Positions 10,563 to 23,700 of a stretch of DNA of 64,000 nt are shown here, piece by piece. Where the stretch lies: positions 170,810,001 to 170,874,000 of the forward strand of contig NC_042998.1 of the NCBI RefSeq assembly GCF_006345805.1, in the 5' to 3' direction. Below the pieces are notes generated by a model. That model searched no databases, was not told the DNA's origin, and saw only the letters and a list, made by a program, of their open reading frames with translations. Made by a program: the position numbers and the translations under genes. The stretch comes from Octopus sinensis. Lineage: Eukaryota. Within the stretch, counting starts at the first letter, position 1. Every line of letters begins with the position of its first letter.

Positions 10563-10727
10563 ATAAGAGGGATGACCACTGAGTGGACATCCATTATGCT
10601 AGAAGTAGATCCGCTATGGTCTTACCACTAAGAAAGGAATGTTTTCAAGAAAATTTTGTTTCTTTTCATTTGTCTTGCTCGCTTATGCTCTGGCGTTTGC
10701 TGAATTTTCTTGAGAACATACCTTTCT
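10563..10727 (-). mobile_element. Short fold-back element (family D); arms 10631-10655 and 10703-10727
   Basis: Homologous to 25194-25312; terminal hairpin GGATG-A-CCAC-TGA-GTGG-A-CATCC lies next to the TA tract. Confidence 0.65.
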
Positions 10728-10739
10728 ATTCACTACTTC

Positions 10740-11215
10740 TATGGAGCCTCTTGAGCATTTCAGAACATCTATTTCCCATGTGCTGTTATTATTTATTGCT
10801 CCTGCACATCTGCCACAAGCAAATTCTATTTTCTCTCTTAACCTTCTTTGGTTCCACTGCACCTCTCATGTGTCTATAGTTTGCACTGAGCACACCATAT
10901 GGAAATTCTACCTACACCTTGTCAACATATGGAACAGGGATTTTTTTCTAAAGGGATTGGAGTTCTATCTGTTTTTCTGTTATTAGAACTTTAGTCTTCA
11001 CTAGGTTAACCTGAAAACCTTTTGATTCCAGGTTTTGCTTCCATACTTGGAATTTTAATTCTAATTCTTCAACGCTTTCTGCTGTAATAACAAGATCACC
11101 AGCATAGAGGAGTTCCTATGAGAAACTGGTATGGCCAGAAGGACTATGATAGATTAGAGGGAACTGATAACTGAACCCTGATGAACTCCTACCTGAACTC
11201 TAAATTCACTGCTGT
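10740..11215 (-). pseudogene. RTE-clade LINE reverse transcriptase remnant
   Basis: Minus strand translates EFRVQVGVHQGSVISS... and ELLYAGDLVITAESVEELELKFQVWKQNLESKGFQVNLVKTKVL (GVHQG and YADD-region motifs). Confidence 0.85.
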
Positions 11216-11293
11216 ACTCTCCCTTCTAAATGTGAGTAACAAGAACCTGCTCTACCCCTCATATCTTAACCTCTACATCTAACATACAGATGC

Positions 11294-11445
11294 ATGATGA
11301 TGAGGATGTTGATGGTGATGGTGATGGTGGTGATGGTGATGGTGATGGTGGAGGTGATGATGATGATGATGATGATGATTGGTTGTGGTGGTGGTGGTGG
11401 TGTTGTTGTTGTTGGTGATGGTGGTGGTGGTGGTGGTGGTGGTGG

Positions 11446-11484
<39 letters not shown>
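11294..11484. repeat. (GAT)n/(GGT)n trinucleotide microsatellite
   Basis: Seen directly; source of the poly-S/P/D/G ORFs. Confidence 0.95.
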
Positions 11485-11487
<3 letters not shown>

Positions 11488-12463
11488 AGAGTTTTCTGTC
11501 AGCTTCATTTATTCATTTTAGTTCTTAAAGCAGAACAAGTTTTAATAGTAGAATCAGTTAAGCAACTGAAAATATTCCAAACCAGGAAGAATTGCCTGGA
11601 GTCCAAAGGCATAATATTCTAATTTGTAACTGAGAACAGTGCTATCATGGGAATTAACCTCATATGATATATATAGAATATGTAGAAACAGGGTAGGTAG
11701 GAATTTTGTACTATGTTTTCAATGCAGACATTGGATACATACTGGATACAGTGAAATATCTGTTAGACTGACATAGAACAAGCATTTCAAATGTTTTTAA
11801 TTTATTTTAAATTTATTTAATATATTACTAAATCAAAGGAGAAAAGACAATGCCCTAGACCTTTCTTAGAGCTTTTGAGACTGATGAGTGGCAGGCTGGA
11901 AATTATCCTCAGACAGAAAACCTAGCCTGAATGCTTTCAATTAGAATGTAGTTTGCCCAAGGCACTCAAAGCTCGGATTAATTCTACCATAAAAAAAATC
12001 AAAACAAACAAACATGGAAGTATAGTAACTAGTGTGAGAATGAGGTAGTGGAAGATCATGGAACTGTTCTGTTAGCATTAAAGAGTTTTCTACTCTGCAT
12101 AAGAGTCAATGTGTATGAAGACTATGTAAGGAGTGCGAGCTATATAATATTAAGATGGACATTAGCTGTGGAAAATCAATGGAGCTAGAAAGAAATAATC
12201 AGGTATAATTCATTGAGTGATATATTAGCTTGCATGAAAAGAAGAGCTCAAGGAAGCAAGGAAGTGGCTGGTATTTCCAGCATATTGGGAATTTTAGAGC
12301 TGGTACTCTGTCAAATTACCCATATTATAGGAATGGGAAAACACCTGGTCAATTCAAAAATAAATCAACTTATCAGAATAAAGATTGGTCATAACTATGG
12401 TATTAGTTTGTTTATAAATGACTACTTGGAGATAAGGTTTTCTTTAGAATTATTTTCCTGGCT

Positions 12464-12498
<35 letters not shown>

Positions 12499-13133
12499 GT
12501 TTTGACTATAAAGTAAAGCTCATTGCAGCCACGCATGCCGGGACAAAGAAGTCAAAAGCATAAAATATTCACAATTACAAAAGTACTACAAGAATTAGAA
12601 TATTTTGATGAGGGGGGATAGAAATCCACTCAAATGAATCCTGAAAACAGTTTATAATCAGTTAACAAAAAGAAAGTTCTGAAATTGAAGACAAAATAAG
12701 AGGTAATGTCCAGATTTTGCAAACTGAACAGGAAAATAATGTTCTACAATAAAAGGCAAACTGGAACACCAAAGTGCAATACTGGAATTAAACAAAAGAT
12801 TTATGAATCTTAAGGAAGAACTTTTTGTGAAGAAGCTTTTGTGTTTCAGGTGATTTCAGTAAATCTCTTTCTGTTTATAGTATGTGCGTTGTAAAGAGTG
12901 CTGGTTGTGGAACTCAGGTTTAGAAGTGGATTATATCCCCTTGGGTAAGGCAGACAACGTGACAGATCATTAGCCAATGTGTTCAAAGGAGATGGCTGCA
13001 CTAGCTGGACATGGGAAGTGAAGGGCAGAAGTGTTATATGTGCTGACAGCAGAATATGCTCAAGGACAGAGAAAGACAGAAAAAAAAATGGAAAGAAATG
13101 GTGAGATCAAATCTCATAATAATGGATCTTATA

Positions 13134-13700
13134 TTGGGTTGTCCAGAAAGTTTGTGCCGATTTTTAAAGGAAAGAATAAAGTCAATAAATACTTGCCATT
13201 ACATTTTTAATCAACCAAAATATGAACCATTTTGTTTCACAATGCATCTCCATCTTTCCTTTAACTTGAAAATACCCTCTTCCTAGAATTGAGGTGGTTT
13301 CATGGCAAAGAATTCATCAAGGCATCTTTTTATGTCATCCAAGAAATTGAAAGTTTTACCATTAAGACTATTCTGCAGAGACCTGAATAAGTGGAAATCT
13401 GAAGGAGCAATATCTGGTGAATATGGAGAGTGGGGTAACACATCCCAGCCGAGCTGCAGGAATTTTTGTCCGGTTCCCAAAACATCAAGTGCCAAAAATG
13501 AACTTTCTTATCTTCCATTTTAAAGGCTTACAGAATTAACACAGGTTATAGGAACATAAACCTTCTTCCATGAAAAGATAGCTTAAACTGTGCTTTAAAT
13601 GGAGGTGTAGTCAAATCCTATTTCATGGACTCAACCATGTTCTAAAATAAGTCGAAAGGTAAGCAACTATAAATTGGCATAAACTTTCTGGACAACCCAA
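13134..13700 (-). mobile_element. Mariner transposon, internally deleted derivative
   Basis: 30-bp TIRs TTGGGTTGTCCAGAAAGTTT(G/A)TGCC(G/A)ATTT with TA on both sides. Transposase N-terminus MEDKKVHF is joined to C-terminal LGWDVLPHSPYSPDIAPSDFHLFRSLQNSL. Confidence 0.95.
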
Positions 13701-14879
13701 TACAACAGAAATAAATAGGGATTATCACACATCAAATCCACTAAGCTCATAGCATAGATGAGGGGGTGGCCATGGAAGAAGTCTGTCTTACTCTAGCTAC
13801 ATCACTGATTCATACATGACACAGTAGATTTTAAATTAGTAAGGATGTCTCTACATTCTGAGAGCAAATCCTGTCAGTAATGTTCTTATTCTTTGCCTTT
13901 CATCCTTTCGGGGTCAATAAATTGGGTACCAGTTGTGTACTGGGTCAATCTAATCAACTGGCCCCCTCCCCCAAAATTTCGGGCCTTGTGCCAAGAGTAG
14001 AAAACTAAGGTTTATTCAATTAATTATAATATCTCACCTATTAAAACTGACTTTGTGTCTAGTCCAAAGAAATCAATATCAGCTGAGAATTTTATGGCTC
14101 ACAAGGCATTTGGACACCTGTGACAGGATATATATCCCACAGAGTAATAGTTGTCCTATCTTAAGTTTTAAAGTAATTGTGTATGGAATATCATTTATCT
14201 TTTACTTATTTCAGTCATTAGACTGTGGCCATGCTGGGGCATTGCCTTGGTTGAGAAATATTCAAAAGGCTCTGCTGGTGAAAAAAGGTTGCTAGCTTCT
14301 GGTGTTTACTATATCATCTGATGTAAGATGATATTTTGAGAATAATTAGATATATGTAAATCTTCAAATAAAAAAAAAAAACTAGAAAAGTATGTTTTCA
14401 AAGAATTACTCTTATATTTCTGAGAGACCTGACAGTGGACACTGATTAGCACATATTACTGGGAAAATATTAGATATTTTGTAGTAAAAGTAATCTCTGT
14501 TGAGATTTATCCTTGAATCAGTTTTGACTTTGCTTTTATGTTGCTAAATCTCTTGGAAAAGGGAAGAAAGTCAAATAGCAAGGACAATGTTTTTGTTTGT
14601 TTAGCCAGTAAGACATCCTGGAGAAAACCAGGATGTGTGTATAGTTGTGGATGAAAAAAAAAAAACTACAAGCAATTGATTCTAATTCTGCTCCACAAGA
14701 TCTATAAAATATTTCTGACTGAGATAAGGCTCCTGCCTTCCCAACATAAACAATATATGTACATGATGGCTATCAACTCATGATTGAGGAGGAAGATCAT
14801 CACTAACCAGTAAGAACATTGTACACTCAGACAAAATTATACTTTACACTTGAGACTTCCTCAATGACTAATAAGCCCA

Positions 14880-15235
14880 GCTCTTGATAAGCATACATGT
14901 CTGCATATATTGCAGACCAAGCTTCTCCCATTTACTATACTGGCAGTGTGTTTTGAACAACTCACTTAAATTTGGCATGAAAAATGCATATAGTTTCAAA
15001 AATACCCATGTCCTCTTTTACTGCTTACCTCCATTGGTGGTGATGACAAGCATTGTTTTTCATAATGACCTATATTTCATATGCCTTCAAAGGGGACTTT
15101 ACACAATCCTTAAATTGTAGTCTTGATTTTTACTGGTGGCACTTTCCATAAACAAGTCCACCATAATCCTCTGATCATTAATCCAAACACGGTATCCAGT
15201 CCAATGTAAATGAAGCTTCCTTTACCATTGCCTCA
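14880..15235 (-). pseudogene. RTE/BovB-like LINE C-terminal remnant
   Basis: Minus strand has degenerate LHWTG..V, YG.....K and QFKDCVK..LK motifs typical of RTE ORF ends. Confidence 0.55.
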
Positions 15236-16442
15236 GTGCTTAGAACATCAGCTCTATATATACATGCATGTATGCATACATACATACACACACACACACA
15301 CATCCACCCTAAGCATTCCAGTTAAAGTAATATCTCTTCAAATAAAAGAAAAATCAATGAACACTTACGTAGCTCTACTTTTAAGTTTGACAATAATGAT
15401 GATAGCTTATAATATAGTTTTTAAAAAAATAATGATTGTGCTTACTGGAAAGATATTTGATGAAAAAAAAGATTGTTTACAGTTCCTTGTTTGCTGTTAG
15501 AGTAGTTAATCAATAACATAGATTGTAATTGTATATGAGAAACACATGTTGCAGATATTCAGGGTTTGAATGCAGCTGGATTTAAAATGGGAACATATTG
15601 GTTTAAAACTGAGTGAGATATTTATTAATCAATGCTGAAAAGCTACAAGTCAAGCTGCTATTCTTATAATGAAGTGAATAGAATTATATTTAACTGTATG
15701 TTTAAAGTTTCAGCTGGATAAGTTGTAATTGTGTTGAATTGCTGACCAAAGGGATCCATAGCTTCTGTCTAACATTACTTTGTATCATATTTTGAAATAT
15801 GTAATTCTTAAAACCGTTTATGCCCTGAACAATTCAGTGAAATAAGTCTTTGTCATCGAAAGTTTTAATGAGTCCAGATCACATTACTCGACAAAAGATA
15901 CCATGGGAATTTCAAGCTATAATGGACAAGTGTTTTTTTTTAACTTGCAGTGCTACCTGGGGAAGGAGCATGACTCAGTGGTTAGTGTGTTGGGCTCACA
16001 AACATAAGGTAGTGAGTTTGATTCTCGGACCAGTTAATGTGTTGTATTCTTGAGCAAGACACTTCATTTCACATTACTCCAGTTCATTCAGCTGTAGAAA
16101 TGAGTCACTGGTGCCAAACTGTATTGGCCTTTGCCTTTCCCTGGAATAATATTGGTGGTGTGGAAAAGGGAGGCTGATATGCATGGGTGACTACTAGTCT
16201 TCCATAAACAACCTTGCCTGAACTTGTGCCTTGGAGGTGAAATCCCATGGTCATTCATGACCAAAGGGGATCTTTATCTTTTTACTTGGGGAAGGAAGAG
16301 TTCTATTTAGTTAAATTGTCATAGATGCACTACAAAAAGACAATACTCTTAAATGGTGTTTCTATAGTAAATAGTAATTAGTAAATTACTATCTTGAGTC
16401 CTAGAACTGGTTTTCTGGTTTTCATGGCATATAAGTGACTGA

Positions 16443-16768
16443 GGCATGGCTGTGTGGTAAGAAGCTTGCTTCTCAACCACATGGTTCCAAATCAGTCTCA
16501 TTGCATGGCATCTTGGGCAAGTATCTTCTACTATAGCCTTGGGCTGACCAAAGCCTTGTGAGTGGATTTGGTGGACAGAAACTGAAAGAAGCCCATTGTA
16601 CATGTGTGTGTGTGTTTGTGTCCCCATAACTTCGCAGTTAGGCAAAAGAGACCGATAGAATAAGTACTAAGCTTACAAAGAATAAGTCCTGGAGTCAATT
16701 TGCTTGACTAAGGCGGTGTTCCAGCATGGCTGCAGTCAAATGACTGAAACAAGTAAAAGAACAAAAGA
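16443..16768 (+). mobile_element. SINE family A
   Basis: Full head, body and tail homologous to 215-575. Confidence 0.85.
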
Positions 16769-18000
16769 ATTTCCCCTAATCGGATGCCAGTCCATTGCAT
16801 AGTTACTAATTACAGTTGAGCAGACAGGAGCAATTTGAAATGAAATGTTTTGCTCAACACCATGCACCACCTGGTCTAGGAATCAGAACTGTGATCTTGC
16901 AACTATGAGTGCAACACTCTAACCACTAGGTTACACACCTTCATGGTGTTTCTATAACCCAGTGAAACTTACTTTTAAATGTACACACTCAAAATATGGA
17001 AGCCAGTTGGAGATTTCAATGTTGAGATTAAAAAAATCACATTATATACTCCCTGGTTAAAGGTTTTGAAGCACTAAAAAGCTAATGGATCCATGACTGG
17101 AAATGATAGTTTAGTTCTTCAATATTTTTTTCATTTTTATTTTTTCAGTTTGAAATTGGAGCTAACTGATTCTAGTTTATATTTTTTACCTAATTTTATT
17201 GACTTTTAATTTAAGTTCAAATTTCACCCTTACTGCCTTCTTGAATATCACTTTATTTTTTAAAAAAAACCCAAATATTTTTCCATTTTACCTTAATTTT
17301 TCTATGAGTGCATAGGTAAGATTGTTTATGTATTAGACCAGTTGTTTATCCAGCTTGATATCTTTTTGATTGCTAGCTACTGAATTATGAAGTAGGTGTT
17401 GAACTTGTTGCTTTTGTTCTGTCAGCTAAATTAGAGGAAGCACAGTTGAAGACAATATATTGAAAAGGAAACTACGAACAGAATAATTCTAAAAATAAAC
17501 TGCTTCTCAGAAAATATTAAAAAATGATAAGATTACAAAACAGAGATTTTAATCTGTTCAAAAGTGTGAATGAAATTCCACAAATGCCAGTATCTCAGGA
17601 ATTTGTGGAATTTCTTGAGAAGGCATTATGCAACTCAACTGAAAGCAAACCCATATTTTTCAGAAACTCATTATCATTTGCTGTAGTCAATAAAATAAAG
17701 ATGAAGAAACACTTTGAACTATCATAAAATATGGAAAATACTCAACTCCTTCAAACCAAAACATAACATTTGGCTCTTTTCAAACAATTACTATTTCCCC
17801 ACTTTTTTAAATATAAGGTGACCTCTAAAGAAGGTTAATAATACTAAATTTATTACAAAAGCAGTGTTTGAGGCCAGAGCAGAACAGGTTTCTTGCTGTA
17901 GAAGAGCAGTGTGGTTACCAAACTGTTTTGACACACAAAGAGAGAGAGAGAGAGCTTTCAGAACTTAGTTTTGCTAATTTACTTGGGTCTTCTCGAGAAA

Positions 18001-18330
18001 TCATCATCATCATCATCATCATCGTTTAACGTCCGTTTTCCGTGCTAGCACGGGTTTGACGGTTTGACCGGGGTCTGGGAAGCCAGGAGGCTGCACCAGG
18101 CTCCAGTCTGATCTGGCAGTGTTTCTACAGCTGGATGCCCTTCCTAATGCCAACCACTCCGTGAGTGTAGTGGGTGCTTTTTACATGCCACCGGCACAGG
18201 TGCCAGGGGAGTCTGGCAGCGGCCACGATCGGTTGGTGCTTTTTATGTGTCACCGGCACAGAAGCCAGTCAAGGCGGCACTGGCATCAGCCACGTTCGGA
18301 TGGTGCTTTTTACGTGCCACCGGCACAGGT
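18001..18330 (-). mobile_element. Family R element
   Basis: (ATC)n tail followed by the reverse complement of the 5225-5487 sequence. Confidence 0.8.
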
Positions 18331-18389
18331 ATCACAACTACTATTTCCATTGATATTTATTTCGATGTTCATGTACTTGACTCAATAGG

Positions 18390-18625
18390 TCTCCTCAAGC
18401 ACAGCGGGTTGTTCTGAAATCCAAGGTACTTTGAATGGGCTGGGGATATGCGGAACTGGTGCAGGAAGCAGCCAGGGTCTTTGCAGTAAATGCATATTGC
18501 AAGTCAGCCTGGTCCCCTGTAATCTCCATGAAGTTCAAGATCCTGAGATCAGCCTTCATCACTTCATTCCATGTCTTTCTGGATCTCCCTCTTCTGCAAA
18601 CTCCGTCCACATTGAGTGGCACTTC
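18390..18625 (-). pseudogene. RTE LINE 3'-end remnant
   Basis: NVDGVCRRGRSRKTWNEVMKADL matches the RTE G.R.RGRP.KTW...V..DL motif. Confidence 0.75.
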
Positions 18626-19141
18626 TGATTATGAATCACATGATCAAATTATGGAATAGGAATTCCTATGAAAAGTGTTATAGAGTTGTAATCAAGAACA
18701 AAAGTATGTAGAACAGTAAGAGAAAAGGTACCATATAGAAGTGTAATTAAGAAGTTGAAATGATTAATGGAAATTTTTAATACTAATAATTACAAATAAA
18801 AGGTATTTTTTATTCTAGTGACAGTCTCTGTTGCATGTGACCATAATTTGCTGAAATTAAATACTAACATTGCTCAAGATTTAGGTGGTTTGTTTGGTTA
18901 TGGTTAGAATGTCTTCATTTATAGGTCTGTCCAATCAAGTCTGACCTAAAGCTAAATAAATAAAACCATTGAAGCTCCAACAAGCTTCTTTTATTATTGA
19001 AGATTTCAACTACAGAAAACTAGTTTTGATTCACTGTGAGGTAACAATTTGTCTTTGTCTTTTCTTTCCCTCTCACAGACTTCATGATGCTACTTTCTAC
19101 AGACATATCAGTAAAAATATTTCTCCAAATTATAAGTTTAA

Positions 19142-19358
19142 CCCTTTAGCATTCAGATTTCTTAGTCAAATGTAATGCTTATTTATTCACATTGTTTTGA
19201 ATTAATTATGCATTATCTCATACCTTCCATATTTTGATGATGTGATTGTTTATTTTCAGAATGACATAAGGTAGGTGTAAGAGTCTGGATTTGACTGGTT
19301 TGAACACATGACAGGTAGAATATTTGGGCCAGATGTGGTTGATTTAAATGCTTAAGGG
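19142..19358. mobile_element. piggyBac-type MITE
   Basis: TTAA|CCCTTTAGCATT ... AATGCTTAAGGG|TTAA. Related copies are at 46100, ~29820-30028 and ~35471-35640. Confidence 0.8.
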
Positions 19359-20654
19359 TTAATAGACAATGAAATAAAGAATAAACATACACTTGATGTA
19401 ACTTAACTCAATAAAGTGATATGAGAATATACAGTAAAATATACGTATACCCTAATGACTTCGTTTCCTTCTTTCCATTTCTATTTTCCTCATTTTAATT
19501 GTAATGGACAGAAGATTGACTTGTACAGAAACATGCATGTGAAAGATGAAGTAGTGTCAATCAAATTATGTTGATACCAATATCCTTTCATATTTATTAG
19601 GTATTTTTGAAGAAAGCAAGTGGTTTCTTACATCAATTGTATCCAATATAAACTTATGTCTAACAATAAATTCAAGACTGCAATGACCTTGAAAACATAA
19701 AATACTCTCAAATTTGACTCACACTAACTCAATGGACATCATATTTGTGTGGAATATTGAAAGTGCTTAACCTCCAAATTGTGGGAGCATTTTGTGACTG
19801 GATGCCCTTCCCATTGCTAACCCCAACCTGTTTTTTCAAGTAATTGATATTTTCTATTCAACTGGTCTTTGAAAGAGCAGAATGACCAGTTAAGATGTAA
19901 AAATTATATCATCATTTTACTTTAACAATGACAAATGAGGTCAGGAAATGTCAGTGTTTATGGACATATGCACAGATACAAACACACTCATGCATGCACA
20001 CATACATATACACATACACACACATTTGATGGGCTTCCATAAAGTTTCTATCAACCAATTCTGCTCACAAGGTATAGTTTACCTTGGGACTGTAGTTGAA
20101 AACACTTGCCCAAGGTGCTACATAGTGGGACTGAACCTTAAACCATATGGTTGTGATGTGAACTTCTTAACCATACAGTCATGCCTATATTCAAATATAA
20201 TCATCCATATTTTCATTTTAGCTTAAATGAACCTCCAAATGAAACATCATTCTGTGTAATCTAATCCTGTCATCATCTGAACTGTGAGACTTAAATGTTC
20301 TCATGCCTGACTTCTATTAAGACTACCTTATAACATCAGTGCATCAGCTCGCAGTACTTTTTCCATCACACATTTCCAAGACTGCATAGTTGTTTTGTTA
20401 AAGAATAAGTCAATATATTTACAAATGTTATATTGTAGGCCTCCACTGAGAGAGAGAGGGAGAGAGAGGGGGGGAGAAGAGAGAGAGAGAGAGAAAGAGA
20501 GAGAGTTTGTGATATGTACAGGATAAATATCTTACAAGGTATTTTATTGACCTTCAAAAAGATTAAAAAAAAGAATATTTGCATTAGGTAGTGAAAGATC
20601 ATCGTAGGCAATGACAGGAACGATTTATTTGTAATCATTTTACTTTAGTATAGT

Positions 20655-20793
20655 CACTAGTGTAGCTAGAGTGTGTGCCACCCAGGGCAGTCCTTCTATT
20701 TGCCACTCCCAGACCCCACAAAAAATCACATATTGCCTACAGCAAACCCAAAAGTGCTGCCTGGAGTGGACCCCACTCCCAGCTACACTAGTG
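20655..20793. mobile_element. hAT-type MITE
   Basis: 13-bp TIR CACTAGTGTAGCT/AGCTACACTAGTG; 8-bp TSD AGTATAGT/AATATAGT. Confidence 0.7.
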
Positions 20794-21799
20794 AATATAG
20801 TGGTGGTGAAATTGAAACTAGATAATTGTAAGAGTTTATCTAATCAAAGTACATTCATCACTACCAAGGCTAAAAACAAACTTGTTAATTATATGAGGCA
20901 CTTGTTGATTACAATAGTAAGCTATATCCATTTATTGTACCTTGATAGAATATGAACCTTCAGGATAATAGCCTGACTCATTATCAACTCAAATGACATC
21001 AACTCCGTAATAAGAGAATTACTTTAAAATATGTTTAATAAGGTAGATTTTAAACAATGAATGAAGAAGAAATGCAACATTCACTGGAGTTTTTTTTTAT
21101 TTTTCAGGGATTCCAAGATATTTTGGAGAAAGGGAAGAAGTTATTTTTAGGTGGGGGACCGAAACTGAATGCTTACAAGTGACTGAACCTGGCTAAAGGT
21201 ATCCAAAGGCCTGATGACAGTGTTAAACCAGGCTACAGATTAAAATGTACAACTCAAGAACAGGAAGGAGTCCCTCTGTTGGGCTTCTATACAGTTTTAT
21301 CTACTAAATTTCAGTCACAAAACTTTGGTTGACCCAAGGCCATAGCAGAAAATACTTGCCCAAGATGCCAATGCAATGGGTTCACACTTGAAATAGAGTG
21401 GTTCTGAAATGAAATTCTTAAGTACACAATCATACCTGCTAAGAACATCCTTATTTTTAACTTTGTAACAATCCTTCTAGTTACCACTCCTTGACTAAAG
21501 TGACTGCACAGATAAGATAAAGTGACCACATTTGTTACCTATTTTACTTCTAATTCCATACAACACATACAGATTAATCTTTAGTGCAGTTTCTGTAGTT
21601 AGAAATTTACTAGCATAAGGTTATATACTAGAAATTTTTCACACTTTATTGGAGAAAGCAATGTTGTTGCTTTTCACATCTGCAAAGACCGACATGAACA
21701 AATCTAATGGGTTGTACATGTCATTCATCTCTTAGCTTAATAGTATCCTCTCAAAACTTTCTAGAGTAACTTGTATTTTATATCAACTCTCATAGGTTG

Positions 21800-23170
21800 G
21801 TCATATCTCATACAATCTGCCTTCAGTACATTAATAACATTCTCACCATTACTTCTAACAACTGACTCACACACTACTCTCATGGAGATAATACTATCCC
21901 TTACTTCCCCTTCAACCTTTCATACACAGGTGACATCAGCACACAACCTGTACATATGTACCAAAATAGCATCCTAGATTCTTAGCCAATATCTGAAATC
22001 AAACCTAGAGTTTTGTATCAGTTTCTTTCCTATTGTCCTTGAATTTGGCACTTAGAAATTTATAAGAGTCAACTGTCTCAGTTAAGATCTATTAAGTGAA
22101 CATTCTTGTGTTAAATACAGCTTAAGAGATAAACCCGTTACTTTCCACTATTTTCTGACTTACATCCAACTCTCCAACAAATATAAATACTATAAGCAAA
22201 TTCAGTTCTACTTCTTTTACTTAGCCCTCACTAGAAAAGCCCATTTCCCTGTTTCTAACTTCAAGTATGGATAGTCAGCACATGGCTACACAACTTCCAG
22301 CCTCTCGTCAACACAGAGGCAGATTCTGTTACTTTTTTTCTCTCCCATTTTTCCACCTGTCTTCTAGCAGTCAACAAAAGATGAAGTTAACTACCTACAA
22401 AATGGATAACAGAACTGCTAATTATTATTGTTTGACAACCCAAAGAAGTTGTATCTTACTTTATAATGAACAAATAAAGGCCTTATCAATTAATTATTGT
22501 TCTTCCTCTCATTTCTTTGCAACATAGCATCGTTATGCATATCACCACCAGATCTTACTTTCAAAAACATCCTGATCCTCAAATGAGATATGACATCTTC
22601 TTCAATAGCTTATGACACAATTGATATACATATCAAAGAAACCATCTTGCAATGTAACGTCATTCCTATCCATGAACAGTATATGGCTAAAACCCTTAAA
22701 CTCATTATGAATGAAACTAAGGGTTCATCTAAAAGTACATTCTAAAGACTATGCTTACTTCTCAGAGTCAGAAAAGACTTCAGCACTGATTTGTCATTGA
22801 TTCCCTACAAAGCACAACTGCTACTCACATTAACCCTAACTACTTATGTCTATGATAGAGCTGTTATACAAACATGTTAGACAGGAAAGAAAAAAAATCA
22901 AAAACAAGGAAAAGAAAAAAAAAACAGTAGCTTATTGACACACACACACACACACACAAAAAGCAATTATAGCCATTATCCTGTAGACGTGTTGTTTCCT
23001 GTATCTGCATTTTTTTTACAACGACCTACTCTCCTTTTAGCATCCTCCTAATGCTCTTGAACCCAATTTGTGTCTTACCCCATACTAATTCGTAAATAGA
23101 CACTTCGCCGAATTCCTCACCACCATTCCAGAATTGCAACCTTCTGGAATTCTCTCACCACTTCATTGTT
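21800..23170 (+). pseudogene. Heavily decayed CR1/L2/Jockey-like LINE remnant
   Basis: RIATFWNSL at ~23130-23157 resembles the R...WNSLP C-terminal motif; the upstream part is barely alignable by eye. Confidence 0.35.
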
Positions 23171-23636
23171 GTTACTGTTTAGTTTCTGGTCACCTCTGAT
23201 TGCCCAGACTTATGAATTAAAGATGCTTCAGTTAACATTCTGTCATATATATATAGTAGACAGTGTTTAATATCTCCTAACTTTATTTTAAACGATGAGA
23301 TATAAGTTGAAGGAATTTAGCAGTTGTTTCTAGCAGGTCGAAGAGCTAAGGTTGTCCCATTAGGTCATTGCTCTAGTGTTACCATCAGGCATCAGTCTTC
23401 AGAAGATAAAAGTAGAACATCAACTACAGTGATCTCCACATGTCTGGTAAAACCTGCAAAGGTCATGGATACTGGCTTCGCTACCCTTCTTCGCTTCGAT
23501 TAAAAGAAAAGAAAAAAAAGAAACTTTGTCCAAAAGAATTTATCAGAATAATGACTTAACTAATCAAATGCAACGTAACAATAGTTGGAAGGCTGTGGAA
23601 GTGGCTGGATGAATACGTAATTTGTTATAATATCAA

Positions 23637-23700
23637 CCAATCACATGTTGCCTTTAATATGTCAGCCCACATGACAAAATAATAATGGCTGACAACTACA
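23637..23700 (+). promoter_or_regulatory. Probable proximal promoter/5' leader of the CLEC16A-like gene
   Basis: CCAAT at 23637, E-boxes TCACATG (23641) and CACATGAC (23668), and locally retained CpGs directly upstream of the first coding exon. Confidence 0.4.

Noticed and set aside
11266-11521. Poly-Ser/Pro and poly-Gly/Asp ORFs
   Set aside because: They derive from a trinucleotide microsatellite.
23337-23503. Open frame RRAKVVPLGHCSS...LRFD* after a CAG acceptor
   Set aside because: The acceptor appears to lie in a dispersed repeat (GCTGCTATTTCTAGCAGG type) and the peptide is unrecognisable.
17333-23600. A DEXI-like gene upstream of CLEC16A, as in mammals
   Set aside because: I saw no peptide resembling DEXI on the minus strand.
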